Source of the DNA: Gammaproteobacteria bacterium
GTDB taxonomy: Bacteria > Pseudomonadota > Gammaproteobacteria > SZUA-140
Length of the DNA stretch: 64,000 nucleotides
Direction of reading: 5' to 3'
Assembly (NCBI GenBank): GCA_046754065.1
Contig: JBHHVB010000002.1
Span: 33,837-97,836 of the forward strand
Positions 18,140 through 29,436 of the stretch are shown here, piece by piece (within the stretch, counting starts at the first letter, position 1; every line of letters begins with the position of its first letter). The translations under genes were made by a program, and so were the position numbers. The notes beneath the pieces were generated by a model. That model was not told where the DNA came from, did not search any database, and saw only the letters and a list, made by a program, of their open reading frames with translations.

Positions 18140-19336
18140 ATGGAGGTCCTGAAGTCAGGTACAGATGTGTTATTTGTATTGCTGGGCGCCATTATGGTAC
18201 TTGCAATGCACGCGGGATTTGCATTTCTAGAGGTGGGCACGGTCAGGAAAAAGAACCAGGTCAATGCGCTTGTTAAGATTATCTGCGATTTTGCTATCTC
18301 TACCATTGCATACTTTTTTATCGGTTATAGCGTTGCATATGGTATGCAGTTTATGGATAGCGCTCAGGCACTTACGGATAAAAATGGATATGAGCTGGTA
18401 AAATTCTTCTTTTTGCTTACCTTTGCGGCAGCGATACCGGCCATTATATCGGGTGGTATTGCGGAAAGGGCCAAATTCTATCCCCAGCTATGTGCGAGCT
18501 TTATCATTGTGGGCTTCGTTTATCCGTTTTTTGAAGGAATAACCTGGAACGGATCATTGGGTTTTCAGGCATGGCTGGAGACCTCATTCGGTGCCTCGTT
18601 TCATGATTTTGCAGGGTCTATTGTGGTTCACGCGATGGGTGGCTGGCTGGCTATCGTTGCCGTTATTTTGCTGGGAGCGCGCTATGGCCGCTATAAAAAA
18701 GACGGTATGATGGCCGCCCATCCACCCTCAAGCATCCCATTCCTTGCGCTGGGTTCGTGGATCTTGACCGTTGGCTGGTTCGGTTTTAACGTGATGTCTG
18801 CCCAAAGTGTTGATGCCGTAAGCGGCCTGGTAGCGGTTAACTCTCTAATGGCTATGGTGGGAGGCATTCTTACAGCATTGCTAATAGGGAAAAATGATCC
18901 GGGTTTTGTGCATAACGGTCCCTTGGCCGGACTAGTGGCCGTCTGTGCCGGCTCAGACGTAATGCACCCAGTTGGTGCGTTGATCACGGGGGCTGTCGCT
19001 GGTGCGTTATTTGTCGGGACATTTATGTTAACTCAAAACAAGTGGAAGCTAGATGATGTGCTGGGCGTGTGGCCTTTGCATGGATTATGTGGTGCGTGGG
19101 GAGGAATAGCCGCGGGTATTTTTGGGCTCGAGGCTCTCGGTGGAATGGGAGGCGTGAGCCTTGTTTCCCAGTTTATCGGCACCGCAGCCGGTATTCTGCT
19201 TGCAGTCACTGGTTCAGGTATTGTTTATGGTGTGCTGAAAATGGTCGTGGGTATTCGTCTGAGTCAGGAAGAAGAGTTCAACGGTGCTGATCTGAGCATT
19301 CATAAAATAGGGGCAGAACCCCCTGGTGATAATTAA
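18140..19336 (+). CDS. amt: ammonium transporter (Amt family)
   Basis: 398 aa polytopic membrane protein. The N-terminus DVLFVLLGAIMVLAMHAGFAFLEVG and the rest align with Amt/MEP. No glnK homolog is adjacent. Confidence 0.88.
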   Translation: MEVLKSGTDVLFVLLGAIMVLAMHAGFAFLEVGTVRKKNQVNALVKIICDFAISTIAYFFIGYSVAYGMQFMDSAQALTDKNGYELVKFFFLLTFAAAIPAIISGGIAERAKFYPQLCASFIIVGFVYPFFEGITWNGSLGFQAWLETSFGASFHDFAGSIVVHAMGGWLAIVAVILLGARYGRYKKDGMMAAHPPSSIPFLALGSWILTVGWFGFNVMSAQSVDAVSGLVAVNSLMAMVGGILTALLIGKNDPGFVHNGPLAGLVAVCAGSDVMHPVGALITGAVAGALFVGTFMLTQNKWKLDDVLGVWPLHGLCGAWGGIAAGIFGLEALGGMGGVSLVSQFIGTAAGILLAVTGSGIVYGVLKMVVGIRLSQEEEFNGADLSIHKIGAEPPGDN

Positions 19337-19433
19337 CGAATTAACCGGCGGTTCAGTGATATTCTGCCAATTTTGGTGGATATTTTGACTCAAAAAATGT
19401 AGCTTATACGGTCCTGTACAATGAACGGAATAT

Positions 19434-20801
19434 ATGGGGCAAAAACTCTACATTAAAACTTTTGGTTGTCAGATGAACGAATATGACTCTGCCCGGATGG
19501 CAGAGTCATTGGGCGAATCTCATAATATTGAAAAGGTTGACGATCCAGAACAGGCAGATGTTTTGTTGCTAAACACCTGCTCCATTCGAGAAAAGGCCCA
19601 GGAAAAGGTTTTTCATCAATTAGGCCGGTGGCGTCAACTCAAGGAAAATAAGCCTGATTTGGTGATTGGCGTGGGTGGCTGTGTCGCCAGCCAGGAAGGT
19701 GATGCAATCAGGCAGCGCGCCCCTTACGTCGATCTGGTTTTTGGACCTCAGACAATTCATCGCTTGCCAAAAATGTTATCAGAGGTCGTTACGCAAAGAA
19801 CGCCTGTTATCGATATCAGTTTCCCGGAGATTGAAAAGTTTGATTGTCTTCCCGCGCCGCGAGCTGATGGTCCGTCCGCGTTCGTATCAATCATGGAGGG
19901 CTGTAGCAAATATTGTACTTTTTGCGTTGTGCCTTACACGCGTGGTGAAGAGGTTAGCAGAACCTTTGATGATGTGATCAGTGAAGTTGTGCATTTGTCG
20001 GAGCAGGGTGTAAAGGAGATAAACCTGTTAGGACAGAATGTCAATGCCTATAGAGGGTTGATGCATGACGGAGACGAGGCCGACCTGGCATTACTGATTA
20101 CCTATGTGGCGGCCGTGGACGGTATTGAACGTGTCCGCTTTACTACATCCCATCCCGTTGAGTTTACCGAAAGCCTGATTCAGGCTTACGAAGATGTACC
20201 TCAATTGGTCAGTCATTTGCATTTACCTGTTCAAAGCGGATCGGATCGGATATTGAGTCTTATGAAGCGGGGGCACACGGTAATGGAATATAAATCGATT
20301 ATTCGCAGGTTGCGAACCCATCGCCCGGGTATGAGTATTTCGTCAGATTTTATCGTAGGCTTTCCGAATGAAAGCGATGAAGACTTCAACGCGACAATGA
20401 ATCTGATTGATGAGATTGGGTTTGATCATTCTTTCAGTTTTATATACAGCGCACGCCCCGGTACACCTGCGGCGGAATTTGCAGATGACGTGCCGTTACA
20501 ATTAAAACAGAAGCGTTTGGGTATTTTGCAGCGACGTATTAATGAATTGTCTGCGTCAATTAGTCAAGCTATGGTTGGCTCAATACAAAGAGTCCTCGTT
20601 GAAAGGACATCGAAAAAAGATAAAAATCAATTAGCAGGAAGGACGGAAAATAACCGGATTTTGAACTTTTATGGTGACAGGTCGCTGATGGGAAAGTTTG
20701 TTGATGTTGTTGTAACCGAGGCATTGCCCAATTCTTTGCGAGGGGAGCGGGTTAATTGTGGTATTAATACGGATGCCGAGTTTCAGGTGAGCGCTCGCTG
20801 A
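19434..20801 (+). CDS. miaB: tRNA-i6A37 methylthiotransferase MiaB
   Basis: N-terminal MTTase domain, a radical-SAM CxxxCxxC motif ([11 protein letters not shown]) and a C-terminal TRAM domain. 455 aa. Confidence 0.93.
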   Translation: MGQKLYIKTFGCQMNEYDSARMAESLGESHNIEKVDDPEQADVLLLNTCSIREKAQEKVFHQLGRWRQLKENKPDLVIGVGGCVASQEGDAIRQRAPYVDLVFGPQTIHRLPKMLSEVVTQRTPVIDISFPEIEKFDCLPAPRADGPSAFVSIMEGCSKYCTFCVVPYTRGEEVSRTFDDVISEVVHLSEQGVKEINLLGQNVNAYRGLMHDGDEADLALLITYVAAVDGIERVRFTTSHPVEFTESLIQAYEDVPQLVSHLHLPVQSGSDRILSLMKRGHTVMEYKSIIRRLRTHRPGMSISSDFIVGFPNESDEDFNATMNLIDEIGFDHSFSFIYSARPGTPAAEFADDVPLQLKQKRLGILQRRINELSASISQAMVGSIQRVLVERTSKKDKNQLAGRTENNRILNFYGDRSLMGKFVDVVVTEALPNSLRGERVNCGINTDAEFQVSAR

Positions 20802-20821
20802 ATTAATTATTCTTTTATTTT

Positions 20822-21829
20822 TTGATTGCCAATTTGAACGCACATCTTCATTCCAGTGATATCGTTTTAGAGCCGCTAGACAATACGCGTTTGGTAAGCT
20901 TGTGTGGTCAATGTGATGAACACTTGCGCAGTATCGAAAGGTTTCTCGGTGTAGAAATCAATAATCGCGGTAATATCTTCCAGGTGATAGGTGACAATAA
21001 CGCTGTGGAAATCGCAGTCCGCGTGTTGCAGAATTTGTACAGCGAGTCTTCGACATCAGGCATAACACCGGCACAGGTTGAGTTGGTGTTGCAACAAATG
21101 AGTTCAGAGGTAGTTGATCAAGAACTACCTGTTGAGGTTTCTCCTGTCCAGATCAAACATGGCGTTATAAAAGGGCGAGGGGCCACCCAACTGCGCTATA
21201 TTAACAATATCAGAACCAAGGCAATAAATTTTGGTATTGGACCTGCAGGAACGGGGAAAACCTATCTGGCAGTCGCAAGCGCCGTTGAAGCGCTGGAAAA
21301 AGAAGAAGTCAGACGTTTATTACTTGTTCGCCCGGCTGTTGAGGCTGGGGAAAGGCTGGGGTTTTTGCCCGGAGATCTGTCTCAAAAAATCGATCCCTAC
21401 CTACGACCTTTGTATGATGCGTTATATGAAATGCTTGGGTTTGAAAAAGTAGCGAAACTGATTGAAAACAATGTTATCGAGATAGCGCCATTGGCCTATA
21501 TGCGGGGACGCACTCTAAATGAATCATTTATCATTCTGGACGAGGCACAAAATACGACGCCCGAGCAAATGAAGATGTTTCTGACCCGAATTGGATTCGG
21601 TTCCACTGTAGTTATTACGGGTGATGTTACGCAAATCGATCTGCCCCGTGAATGTTCCTCGGGTCTGCGGCATGTAATTGATGTATTGAAGGAAATTGAT
21701 GGCATTAGTTTTACCTTCTTTCAATCAAGGGATGTTGTTCGTCACCCATTGGTTCAACGAATAGTCAATGCTTACGAGAAAATTCAGTCCGCGCCAGTCG
21801 ATTCTGGCTCTGGTGGTGGCAAGCGGTGA
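20822..21829 (+). CDS. ybeZ: PhoH-like ATPase YbeZ
   Basis: Walker A GPAGTGKT. Aligns with YbeZ. It is in the conserved miaB-ybeZ-ybeY-corC-lnt cluster. TTG start; exact start uncertain. Confidence 0.88.
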   Translation: MIANLNAHLHSSDIVLEPLDNTRLVSLCGQCDEHLRSIERFLGVEINNRGNIFQVIGDNNAVEIAVRVLQNLYSESSTSGITPAQVELVLQQMSSEVVDQELPVEVSPVQIKHGVIKGRGATQLRYINNIRTKAINFGIGPAGTGKTYLAVASAVEALEKEEVRRLLLVRPAVEAGERLGFLPGDLSQKIDPYLRPLYDALYEMLGFEKVAKLIENNVIEIAPLAYMRGRTLNESFIILDEAQNTTPEQMKMFLTRIGFGSTVVITGDVTQIDLPRECSSGLRHVIDVLKEIDGISFTFFQSRDVVRHPLVQRIVNAYEKIQSAPVDSGSGGGKR

Positions 21830-22284
21830 GTATCATTGTGGATTTCCAGCTGGCAGCCGAACAATTAGACGAAGGTTTAATTCCCGATAGCGATCAGGTT
21901 GATACCTGGGTTTCTCAGGTCATTGCATTTGAAGATCTGCATTCCGCTCAGGTTACAGTTCGAGTTACTAATGAGAATGAAATGACCGCTCTGAACGAAA
22001 CCTATCGGCGCAAACAAGGGGTAACAAATGTTCTGGCTTTTCCCTTCGAACAGCCAGAATTGATGGACCCTCCGTTCCTGGGTGATATTGTCATCTGTGC
22101 GCCGGTCGTGAATGAAGAGGCACGGGAGCAAAATAAATCGGCCGCAAGTCACTGGGCGCACATGGTAGTCCATGGATTGTTTCACTTGTTAGGATATGAT
22201 CACCAAAACGAAAAAGATGCCTTGATCATGGAGGCACGGGAGACAGAAATGATGGGTAGACTGGGATATCCCGATCCCTATTAG
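21826..22284 (+). CDS. ybeY: endoribonuclease YbeY (rRNA maturation)
   Basis: HGLFHLLGYDH zinc-binding motif, 152 aa. GTG start overlapping the ybeZ stop. Confidence 0.88.
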   Translation: MSIIVDFQLAAEQLDEGLIPDSDQVDTWVSQVIAFEDLHSAQVTVRVTNENEMTALNETYRRKQGVTNVLAFPFEQPELMDPPFLGDIVICAPVVNEEAREQNKSAASHWAHMVVHGLFHLLGYDHQNEKDALIMEARETEMMGRLGYPDPY

Positions 22285-22344
22285 CACTCGATATTGGTAG
22301 AGTAGTACAAAAATTTATAATCTGATGAATTTGGCAGGAGAAAA

Positions 22345-23214
22345 ATGAGCGAAGAACGACCAAATCAATCACAATCCCAGCGAACCTGGTTTGATAAACT
22401 GAGCCAGGTTTTATCTGGTGAGCCCAAGGATAAAGAACATTTGATTGATATTCTTCGGGAGTCACAGCAAAGGCATCTGTTTGATACCGATGCGCTGTCA
22501 ATGATTGAAGGCGTGCTGGAAGTTTCTGAAATGCAGGTGCGCGATATTATGATACCTCGGGCGCAGATGGTTGTTGTTGAGCATAATGCGGGTCTGGAAA
22601 AGGTATTACCTGTAATTACCGAATTTGCGCACTCCAGGTATCCGGTCATTACTGAAAACAAGGATGAAGTTGTTGGTATATTACTGGCCAAGGATTTATT
22701 GGGTTATGCACTCAAGAGTGATGATGAGCCATTTAATGTTCGGGATATACTTCGACCTGCTGTTTTCATCCCGGAAAGTAAACGGCTGAACGTTTTGCTG
22801 AAAGAATTCAGATCCAGCAGAAATCATATGGCAATAGTCGTTGACGAATATGGTTGTGTGGCCGGGCTGGTCACGATTGAAGATGTACTGGAACAGATAG
22901 TCGGGGAAATTGCGGATGAACATGATGTAGACGACGATATTTATATCATGAAACACAGTGACTCGAATTACACAGTTAAAGCACTCACACCGATTGATGA
23001 TTTTAATGAAATGTTTAACACCGATTTTAGTGATGATGAATTCGATACGATTGGTGGTCTTGTAATGCGCGAGTTTGGTTATCTGCCCAAACGTGGCGAA
23101 GTCAGGTCTTTCGGTGATTTGCGATTCAAGGTATTGCATGCTGATAGCAGGCGTGTTCATTTGTTGCAGCTAACGATGTTGTCCAAAGCAAGTGAAAACC
23201 TGAACGCGTCCTGA
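22345..23214 (+). CDS. corC: Mg2+/Co2+ efflux-associated protein CorC (YbeX), CBS pair plus CorC_HlyC domain
   Basis: 289 aa with tandem CBS domains and a C-terminal transporter-associated domain. RBS ggcaggag. Confidence 0.88.
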   Translation: MSEERPNQSQSQRTWFDKLSQVLSGEPKDKEHLIDILRESQQRHLFDTDALSMIEGVLEVSEMQVRDIMIPRAQMVVVEHNAGLEKVLPVITEFAHSRYPVITENKDEVVGILLAKDLLGYALKSDDEPFNVRDILRPAVFIPESKRLNVLLKEFRSSRNHMAIVVDEYGCVAGLVTIEDVLEQIVGEIADEHDVDDDIYIMKHSDSNYTVKALTPIDDFNEMFNTDFSDDEFDTIGGLVMREFGYLPKRGEVRSFGDLRFKVLHADSRRVHLLQLTMLSKASENLNAS

Positions 23215-23236
23215 AAAATCCTCCCCGGATTCTCTG

Positions 23237-24757
23237 ATGCTAATTTCCCAACACAAACAGGGCGACCTGGTTGCACTATTAGCCGGGGCCGTACTTCCCC
23301 TGGCGTATTCTCCTTTTGACCTTTACCCGATAGCGATCATTTCAACGGCACTATTATTTGTGCTTTGGCTGGAGATATCGCCTAAGCGGGCATTTGTTCG
23401 GGGGTTTGTGTTCGGCCTGGGCATGTTTTCTACGGGAGTAACCTGGATATATGTGAGTATTCACGATTTCGGGTATGTGAATCATTCGCTTTCGATATTG
23501 CTGACTGTGTTATTTGTGATGGTACTGTCCCTGTTTCCGGCCATTGCGGGCTATTTGGCATCCCGGATAATTTCCGCGACGCGTTGTCGTAGCAGGAACA
23601 TGCGTTTGATCCTTGTATTTCCAGCATGTTGGACCTTGATGGAATGGGTCAAAGGGTGGTTTTTTACAGGATTCCCGTGGTTAAGCCTGGGCTATAGTCA
23701 GATTGACGCTCCATTGGGTGGTCTGGCTTCATTTGTCGGTGTCTACGGTATTTCGCTGGCAACAGCGATTAGCGCCGCATTGCTGATTGCAACATTTGGT
23801 AATCAGCATGGACGGGTGCGCGGTGGCCATCTGGTTGCACTGGTAGGTTTATGGGCAGTGGCAGTGTTGACAGGTATGGTGGCATGGACACAACCGTCAG
23901 GAAATCCTCTGCGTGTGAGCCTGGTTCAGGGGAATATCGCCCAGGATTTTAAGTGGCTTCCTCAAATGAAGGAACCAACTTTTGAGTTATACAGGCAAAT
24001 GACCCGGCAAAACTGGGATAGTGATCTGGTTATCTGGCCGGAGACTGCGCTGCCGGCCTATTATGATGAGGCCGCATCATTCTTGCGAGATTTGGCGATA
24101 GAAGCGCGCGAAAACAGTACTGATATTCTGGTTGGGCTGGTATATCAGGAAGAGCAGGGACTGAAATATTACAATTCCATGGTGAGTATTGGATCGGTAG
24201 AAGCGATGTATCATAAGCATCACCTGGTACCTTTTACCGAATATTTGCCACTCAAGGAGGTGCTGGCGGGAATCATTGATTTTATGGATGTGCCAATGTC
24301 CGATTTTAGCGCGGGCAAGGTCGATCAACCGTTACTTGAAGTCGCTGGCCAGAAAATCGCTATGTCGATTTGTTATGAAGATGCATTTGGCGAGGAAACG
24401 ATTGTTTCTTTACCGGCAGCGAATTTGCTGGTTAACGTGAGTAACGATGCCTGGTTCGGAACATCGATAGCGCCCTATCAACATTTGCAAATAGCCCGGA
24501 TGAGAGCGCGCGAAACCGGGCGCGCAATGCTCCGGGCAACCAATACAGGTCTAACCGCAATCATTGGTCACAATGGAAATCTGCTCTCCTTGGCACCCCA
24601 GTTCCAGGAATCTGTGCTGACGGGTACCGCGCAGCCACGTCAGGGCAGTACCCCTTATGTGATGGTGGGCAATAGTTTAGTATTGTTATTAATTGCTGCG
24701 ATGTTGATCACGGCAGCTATTTGTTCAAGGGCTCAGAAATCCCGGGATACCGGATAG
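23237..24757 (+). CDS. lnt: apolipoprotein N-acyltransferase
   Basis: 506 aa with N-terminal TM segments and a CN-hydrolase domain carrying the catalytic region ...ICYE.... Confidence 0.9.
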   Translation: MLISQHKQGDLVALLAGAVLPLAYSPFDLYPIAIISTALLFVLWLEISPKRAFVRGFVFGLGMFSTGVTWIYVSIHDFGYVNHSLSILLTVLFVMVLSLFPAIAGYLASRIISATRCRSRNMRLILVFPACWTLMEWVKGWFFTGFPWLSLGYSQIDAPLGGLASFVGVYGISLATAISAALLIATFGNQHGRVRGGHLVALVGLWAVAVLTGMVAWTQPSGNPLRVSLVQGNIAQDFKWLPQMKEPTFELYRQMTRQNWDSDLVIWPETALPAYYDEAASFLRDLAIEARENSTDILVGLVYQEEQGLKYYNSMVSIGSVEAMYHKHHLVPFTEYLPLKEVLAGIIDFMDVPMSDFSAGKVDQPLLEVAGQKIAMSICYEDAFGEETIVSLPAANLLVNVSNDAWFGTSIAPYQHLQIARMRARETGRAMLRATNTGLTAIIGHNGNLLSLAPQFQESVLTGTAQPRQGSTPYVMVGNSLVLLLIAAMLITAAICSRAQKSRDTG

Positions 24758-24762
24758 AATGC

Positions 24763-25290
24763 TCAGGATAACGGCCTGACAAACCCTGTTTGATGGCAGT
24801 GCGGACATGGGGGAATATGCCCGGTTGTTTTAAAATGGATCTGTTGTCCACACTGCGTACATTCCAGCGTTCCGATTCCCGTGATTTCGCCAGTATGATA
24901 CTCACCGCCTTGTCGGGCGCGTTCCTCTAGCGCCATTAACTCTACTTTTGTCGAATCAGCCACCGAGGTAAACATTTCAAGCAGTCTATCCTCGATTTGA
25001 TCGATATCAAACTTGAACCAGTCTGCGAGCTCTTTTGCGTTCGGGCTTGCCAGATACTCTGCAGCATCCTCAATATCGCGTTTAAGATAAGCACCGATCT
25101 TTTCGGCCTCTTCTCTGGTCACTTCCCCCAGTTCAACTGACTTATCCTTGGCGATATCGATAACGTGGCCCAACACCGGTCCAGCCTCTTTCTCAAAATC
25201 CTGGATCGCCGCCCTTACTCGTTCCATCATGCGGTCGTACGCATGAAGATGCTTTTCTTGTGAATGCTGACTGTTATCTTTTTCAGACAT
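24763..25290 (-). CDS. zinc-ribbon domain protein (DUF1451-like), uncharacterised
   Basis: 175 aa with an acidic helical N-part and a C-terminal CTQCGQ...CPHCH zinc ribbon. Convergent with lnt at a 5-bp gap. Confidence 0.55.
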   Translation of the reverse strand: MSEKDNSQHSQEKHLHAYDRMMERVRAAIQDFEKEAGPVLGHVIDIAKDKSVELGEVTREEAEKIGAYLKRDIEDAAEYLASPNAKELADWFKFDIDQIEDRLLEMFTSVADSTKVELMALEERARQGGEYHTGEITGIGTLECTQCGQQIHFKTTGHIPPCPHCHQTGFVRPLS

Positions 25291-25390
25291 TTCCCGCCTA
25301 ACCTCGCATGTAAGCTGTGTTCTCTATTTGAAATAGGTTATCCTAGCGTATTTCTGGTTTCTATCATATACGAGAATGCGGTAAAAGACG

Positions 25391-27847
25391 ATGGATGAGC
25401 AGTTTAATTTCGCTGATATAGAATCCGAAGCCCAACAAGCGTGGGAGGAGGAGAATGTTTTTCAGGTTATCGAGGACGATAGCAGGGAGAAATATTTCTG
25501 TCTTTCGATGTTCCCTTATCCCAGTGGGCGGCTGCATATGGGGCATGTGCGCAACTATACTATCGGCGATGTTATCAGCCGTTATCATCGTATGCTAGGT
25601 AAAAACGTATTGCAGCCCATGGGTTGGGACGCCTTTGGATTACCGGCAGAAAACGCTGCGATAAAAAATAATGTTCCACCCTCCGAGTGGACCTATGAAA
25701 ATATCAGCTACATGCGAGATCAGCTTAAACGACTCGGATTTGCTTATGACTGGTCTCGAGAAATTGCAACCTGTGATCCCCGATATTATCGATGGGAGCA
25801 GTGGTTGTTTACCCGATTATTCGAGAAAGGGCTGGTCTATAAAAAGACCGCGCCCGTGAACTGGTGTCCGCATGATCAGACGGTGCTTGCTAATGAGCAA
25901 GTCATTGATGGCCGCTGCTGGCGATGTGATACAACGGTTGAACGCCAGGAAATCTCCCAATGGTTTATGAAAATTACTCATTATGCAGATGAGCTGTTAG
26001 AGCAACTTGGGAAAATGGATGGCTGGCCTGATCAGGTTCGCACCATGCAACGCAACTGGATTGGCAGATCTGAAGGTGTTGAGCTTGATTTCATCATCGA
26101 TGGTGAGCAAACCCCGCTTACAGTCTACACGACCAGACCGGATACGCTCATGGGGGTGACTTATGTTGCCATTGCGGCTGAGCATCCACTCGCGATCAAG
26201 GCTTCTCAGGGCAATCCGGCATTATTGGCATTTATCGATGCGTGTCGCAAAACGAATACGGCTGAGGCGGCGCTGGAAACGATGGCAAAACAAGGTATAG
26301 ATACCGGGTTGGTAGCGGTTCATCCTGTTACCGGAGAAGAGTTGCCTGTTTGGGCGGCCAATTTTGTTTTAATGGGATACGGTACCGGCGCAGTAATGTC
26401 TGTGCCTGCGCATGACCAAAGAGATTACGAATTTGCCAAGGCCTACGATTTGCCGATACGTCAGGTGATATTTCCCGGTGAGGGTGATGTTTCAGATGTC
26501 AGCTCGTCAGCCTTTACCGAAAAGGGAGTGTTGAATAATTCCGCCCAGTTTGACGGTTTGACGTCGGAAAATGCATTTAATGCGATTGCCGATTTTCTGG
26601 AAAAAAAAGGGAAAGGTCGCAGGAAGGTTAATTACCGATTACGTGATTGGGGTGTATCACGTCAACGTTACTGGGGCACACCGATTCCGATCATTAATTG
26701 TGATGCGTGCGGTAGTGTCGTTGTGCCGGAACAGGATTTACCGGTTGTATTGCCAACCGATATTACGTTTGAGGGTGTGGGTTCCCCGTTAAAAACCATG
26801 CCGGAATATATCCATACGACATGCCCATCCTGTGGTGGCCGGGCACATCGAGAAACAGATACGTTTGATACTTTTATGGAGTCTTCATGGTATTACGCAC
26901 GATTCACCTGTAACGATAACGACAGGGCGATGCTGGACGAAAGAGCTGGCTACTGGTTGCCAGTGGACCAGTATATTGGAGGTATTGAGCATGCAATTCT
27001 CCATTTACTATATGCACGCTTTTTTCATAAATTATTACGTGATGAGGGTTTGGTTGCAGGTGATGAGCCGTTTACTAATTTATTAACCCAGGGGATGGTG
27101 TTAAAAGACGGTGCCAAGATGTCAAAGTCGAAGGGCAATACCGTTGATCCGCAAGCCTTGATTGATAAGTATGGTGCCGATACAGTTCGCCTGTTTATCA
27201 TGTTCGCATCTCCGCCTGAGCAATCACTGGAGTGGTCGGATGCGGGTGTGGAAGGCGCACATCGTTTTCTTAAACGACTGTGGCGCTTTGTTGTATCTCA
27301 TATGAATCAGGGAAATATTCCGCAACTGGAAACCGGTTCGCTAAATGATAATCAACGAGCGTTACGTACATTGATACACCAAACAATCATCAAGGTCAGT
27401 GACGATATCGGGAGGCGCTTTACTTTTAATACCGCCATTGCCGCAGTGATGGAGTTGATCAACGCAATGCAAAAATTTGAAGACGGCTCGGAGCAGGGGC
27501 GTGCGCTTGTATATGAAGGCATCGAGACGGTAGTGCTGTTGTTGTCTCCAATTGTTCCTCATATGTGCCATGTTTTATGGCATGAATTAGGTCATGATGA
27601 ACCTGTCGTAAATGCCGGGTGGCCAAAACACGACGAGGATGCTTTGATTAAGGATACTGTCAGCTATGTCGTTCAAGTTAACGGTAAACTAAGAGGCAAG
27701 GTTACAGTACCAGCCAGTGCCAGTGAAGATGATATTAAGCAGGCCGCGCAGAATATCGATAAAATCAGATCGTACATCGAGGGGCTGCAAATAAAGCGGG
27801 TGATAGTCGTGCCAGATAAGTTGATTAATATTGTAGTGGGTAAATAA
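25391..27847 (+). CDS. leuS: leucyl-tRNA synthetase
   Basis: 818 aa with a HMGH motif ([15 protein letters not shown]) and a KMSKS motif (KMSKSKGN). Confidence 0.95.
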   Translation: MDEQFNFADIESEAQQAWEEENVFQVIEDDSREKYFCLSMFPYPSGRLHMGHVRNYTIGDVISRYHRMLGKNVLQPMGWDAFGLPAENAAIKNNVPPSEWTYENISYMRDQLKRLGFAYDWSREIATCDPRYYRWEQWLFTRLFEKGLVYKKTAPVNWCPHDQTVLANEQVIDGRCWRCDTTVERQEISQWFMKITHYADELLEQLGKMDGWPDQVRTMQRNWIGRSEGVELDFIIDGEQTPLTVYTTRPDTLMGVTYVAIAAEHPLAIKASQGNPALLAFIDACRKTNTAEAALETMAKQGIDTGLVAVHPVTGEELPVWAANFVLMGYGTGAVMSVPAHDQRDYEFAKAYDLPIRQVIFPGEGDVSDVSSSAFTEKGVLNNSAQFDGLTSENAFNAIADFLEKKGKGRRKVNYRLRDWGVSRQRYWGTPIPIINCDACGSVVVPEQDLPVVLPTDITFEGVGSPLKTMPEYIHTTCPSCGGRAHRETDTFDTFMESSWYYARFTCNDNDRAMLDERAGYWLPVDQYIGGIEHAILHLLYARFFHKLLRDEGLVAGDEPFTNLLTQGMVLKDGAKMSKSKGNTVDPQALIDKYGADTVRLFIMFASPPEQSLEWSDAGVEGAHRFLKRLWRFVVSHMNQGNIPQLETGSLNDNQRALRTLIHQTIIKVSDDIGRRFTFNTAIAAVMELINAMQKFEDGSEQGRALVYEGIETVVLLLSPIVPHMCHVLWHELGHDEPVVNAGWPKHDEDALIKDTVSYVVQVNGKLRGKVTVPASASEDDIKQAAQNIDKIRSYIEGLQIKRVIVVPDKLINIVVGK

Positions 27848-27852
27848 TAGCA

Positions 27853-28389
27853 GTGAGATTTTTGCGATCATTGACATCTATCCTGGATCGCCGCTCGATT
27901 GTGGCACTGTTGCTTGCTGTATTTTTGCCCATGACTATTGATGGGTGTGGTTTTCGTTTGCGTGGTTCATTGACGGAGGCTGTGGATTTGCCGCCTACGC
28001 ACGTGAAGACTCAATCCTTGGTTTCTTTAAAATCCGTGCTGGAAAGGGCGTTGAAAAACGCCAATGTTTCACTGGTTGCAAACGAGAATGACGCAGAGCT
28101 TGTTATAGTTCTTGTGAGTGAGCGTAAGTCGCGTCGGGTGCTGTCCGTGACTTCTTCAGGTAAGGCACAAGAGTATGAGTTGCATTATGCCGTTGTATTT
28201 GGTGCGCACGACAAGAAGGGTAATGCTGTCGTCTCCAATCAAACAGTACAGTCCGACAGGGATTTCACATTTTCGGAGACTGATGTGCTCGCAAAAGATG
28301 TTGAGGAAAAAAGATTGTACTCAGATATGCAACAGTCAGCGGTAAACAGTATTTTATTACGTGTTCAGGCTAAGCTGGCAAAGAGATAA
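27853..28389 (+). CDS. lptE: LPS-assembly lipoprotein LptE
   Basis: Lipobox ...PMTIDGCGFRLRG (compare E. coli LptE LSGCGWHLR). Conserved leuS-lptE-holA order. Start codon uncertain (GTG at 27853 or an internal GTG). Confidence 0.78.
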   Translation: MRFLRSLTSILDRRSIVALLLAVFLPMTIDGCGFRLRGSLTEAVDLPPTHVKTQSLVSLKSVLERALKNANVSLVANENDAELVIVLVSERKSRRVLSVTSSGKAQEYELHYAVVFGAHDKKGNAVVSNQTVQSDRDFTFSETDVLAKDVEEKRLYSDMQQSAVNSILLRVQAKLAKR

Positions 28390-28400
28390 GAAGGCCCGAT

Positions 28401-29423
28401 ATGCAGATTAGAATCGAGCAGCTTGAGTCTTGCCTTAAAAGGGATTTGAAACCAGTGTATCTTGTCTGTGGTGATGTTCCTTTACTTGTACAGGAGGCCA
28501 GCGATCAGATCAGGCAAGCGACAAGGAAACAGGGTTTTTCAGAACGCATTGTTATGCATGTCGAAGCCCGGTTTAACTGGAATGAGTTATCCAGTGTTGC
28601 CAGTGGGCTATCCCTTTTTTGTGAGCGTCGCCTGCTGGAGTTGCGCCTGCCCACGGGAAAACCAGGTGACGCAGGCAGTAAGGCAGTCCAGGCATATTTG
28701 AATGAAAATTCAGATCAGGATGTGTTGTTGATCATTGCTGGCAAGATTGAGGCCGCGTCCCGGCGTACTAAATGGTATAAATTGATTGAGAAGCTGGGTG
28801 TGGTTGTTCAGGTTTGGCCGCTGGATAATCGACAATTGCCTGTGTGGGTTCAACAACGGATGCGAAAGAAAGGTATGGAGCCGACCGCTGAAGCGATAGC
28901 TGTTCTGGCGAACAGGGTTGAGGGAAACTTGCTTGCTTGTGCACAGGAAATTGAAAAATTACATTTAATTAACGGGCCAGGAAGCATTTCGTTGGAAACA
29001 GTGATGGGCACCGTCGCTGATAGTGCCAGGTATGATGTTTTCGACTTGATCGACAGTGCGTTGGCCGGTGATACGCGGAGGACGGTACGTATCATTAAAG
29101 GATTGAGAAGTGAAGGTGCTGAACCAGTCGTCGTATTATGGGCATTAGCGAGAGAGATTAGAAGTCAGGCAAAGATGGCGACAGAAGTGTCTTGTGGGTC
29201 CTCAGTCGATCAGGTTTTGGCCCGATTTCATGTCTGGGAGAAAAGAAAAACATTGGTGAAGCAAGGTCTTCGTCGTCATAGGCCGGCGAGATGGTGGGCG
29301 ATGTTACGGCGGGCGTGTGTCATTGATCGGAATATAAAGGGCTTTGCTCAAGGCAATGTTTGGGATGAATTGTTACAATTAAGCCTGATGATTGCGGGAA
29401 AGAAATTAATGAGCGCTGCATGA
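28401..29423 (+). CDS. holA: DNA polymerase III delta subunit
   Basis: 340 aa; aligns along its length with E. coli HolA. Conserved position after lptE. Confidence 0.85.
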   Translation: MQIRIEQLESCLKRDLKPVYLVCGDVPLLVQEASDQIRQATRKQGFSERIVMHVEARFNWNELSSVASGLSLFCERRLLELRLPTGKPGDAGSKAVQAYLNENSDQDVLLIIAGKIEAASRRTKWYKLIEKLGVVVQVWPLDNRQLPVWVQQRMRKKGMEPTAEAIAVLANRVEGNLLACAQEIEKLHLINGPGSISLETVMGTVADSARYDVFDLIDSALAGDTRRTVRIIKGLRSEGAEPVVVLWALAREIRSQAKMATEVSCGSSVDQVLARFHVWEKRKTLVKQGLRRHRPARWWAMLRRACVIDRNIKGFAQGNVWDELLQLSLMIAGKKLMSAA

Positions 29424-29436
29424 AGAGTAAGAGTCA

